A stretch of 64,000 bases of DNA. Source: Moniliella sp. 'wahieum'. Taxonomy: Eukaryota. Where the stretch lies: NCBI GenBank assembly GCA_003971905.1, contig RSEE01000014.1, positions 868,001 through 932,000 on the forward strand. Direction: 5' to 3'. The translations under genes were made by a program, and so were the position numbers. This document shows positions 62,827 to 64,000 of the stretch, piece after piece; position 1 is the first letter of the stretch; every line of letters starts with the position of its first letter. The notes under the pieces are model-generated. The model searched no databases and was not told where the DNA came from. It worked only from the letters and a program-made list of their open reading frames with translations.

Positions 62827-63640
62827 TCACAAGCTGCTACTACCGGCGGCGTTGGCCTGGCAGGAGGAAAGAGGGGGAACACAACGTCAGTAGGCGAGCA
62901 GGGGAAAACGAAGGGAAACAGAGGAAACCGCAGGGACACGACGTACCGCTTGCTTCAGCGCCTGAGTCGGCAACATTTGCGGCGGGTTGAAGCGTTGCCA
63001 CATCAGCGGCTTCAAAGAGCCGTCCCAGTCGTACAGCTGGAGGTAATACGCTGCCTCGTCGTAATGGGTATCGATGCCGATCTGGAATCCCTTGAGGGTC
63101 TCCTTTTGGCCATACCATTGTACCTGCTCCGAGTGGCTGTTGCAACGCGACGCTTGCAGCATCGCTCCGTCTGCCGGGAAGGGGTTGAGGATGACCCAGT
63201 TGGTATCGTTGACAGTGTAGGAGCCGTGTTGCCAGATCAGATACGCCGACACGCACATTGGGTTGCTGCCGTTGATTTGTACTGGTACAGGGCCTCCTCA
63301 AAGAAGCCATCGTCGGTAAAGCTGTAGCTGATGCCGGCCGATTGCGGGTAGGTGAAGGAGTTGTTGGCCGGGTTGTAGAAGTTGAGGCCGGTCAGCACAT
63401 GGCCTGCGCCGCTGCTCCAGGTGCCACTGAGGGACGTGACATTGTTGGCCTGGCCAATGCCGGTGCCGACGGCGGCGCAGCGACGGTGGGCGCCGGCGAC
63501 GCTACCAGCGCGACGAGCCCAGCCAGGGCGGTGGCCAAGGCGGCGGCGGGGAGGGCGGCGAGGAGGGCGCCCCGGCGGCGCGTGTGCGCAGGGCGGGGGG
63601 ACGAGGCGGCGGCGGAGGGAGGAGGGGGCATCGAGCGCAT
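62827..63640 (-). CDS. ROT1: Rot1 ER chaperone
   Basis: GTWSSG..HVLTG.NFYNP....TYP..AGISYSFTDDGFFEEALY, YLIWQHGSY, LNPFPADG, LQLYDWDGS.KPLMW...PPQMLPTQAL. N-terminal hydrophobic segment. An intron at 62857-62946 gives the tail ANAAGSSSL*. Confidence 0.88.
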
Positions 63641-64000
63641 CGCACGCAGCCCTGGCGGTGTGGCGGACAGAGCAGGGGAGAAGGTGGTGGCGCTGGGGGG
63701 TGCTGAGCCTGCGCGGCTGCTCCCGCTGGGCGGCTGGGCAGCGCCGGCGGGCTGCGGCGCCAGCCGAGTCGCAGCGCGTGGGCCGGTGGTCTGACCCGTG
63801 ATCTCACCGGCCGCCGGCGAACAATGCACCCGTGCCGCCCGCCCACCCACACTGGTGTGCTGCCGCCCGGCATGGCGGCCGCATCCCGACCACTGCAGCG
63901 CAGCGCAGGGCCTCTCTTGGCACCCGCACCCGAGCGCGGCGCGGCGCCAGCCTCGCGATGGACCCTCTGACCCAGCCAGCGGCGGGGGTGGCTGTCCCGC

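Noticed and set aside
1..64000. Co-occurrence of two deubiquitinases, two PHD proteins and several transcription factors as a functional cluster
   Set aside because: They are dispersed among unrelated housekeeping genes, with no shared pathway and no biosynthetic core gene.

Overview
Eukaryotic, GC-rich fungal genomic DNA, most likely a basidiomycete of Ustilaginomycotina type (inferred from short GTACGT/GTAAGT...CTGAC/CTAAC...YAG introns and from the protein families). About 20 protein genes are recognisable: a multicopper oxidase, two deubiquitinases (UBP12-like and UBP15/USP7-like), PTC7 phosphatase, a DUF2420-like acidic protein, cryptochrome-DASH, NOP15, SPT2, the mitochondrial calcium uniporter, sterol glucosyltransferase ATG26, two PHD-finger proteins, cofactor-dependent phosphoglycerate mutase, a Zn2Cys6 transcription factor, an HSF-domain transcription factor, glycerol-3-phosphate acyltransferase and ROT1. 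There is also an intron-containing tRNA-Ala(CGC). Most CDSs carry single-base frameshifts, often at homopolymers, which points to unpolished long-read assembly error, so CDS boundaries are approximate. The main points of interest are: (1) a gene-poor, lower-GC segment (~49.4-58.6 kb) holding a Skn7-like HSF factor without a receiver domain and a MedA/medusa-like pseudogene split by an 868-bp solo LTR with a 5-bp target-site duplication; (2) a TA-flanked MITE-like inverted repeat in the MCU/ATG26 bidirectional promoter; (3) an identical 16-bp near-palindrome in two divergent promoters; (4) intergenic tandem repeats with many unrelated units that nearly all have a 7-bp period. I found no prokaryotic system or CRISPR array, and cannot claim a clearly new multi-gene system. 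All family assignments come from motif recognition by eye, without database searches.
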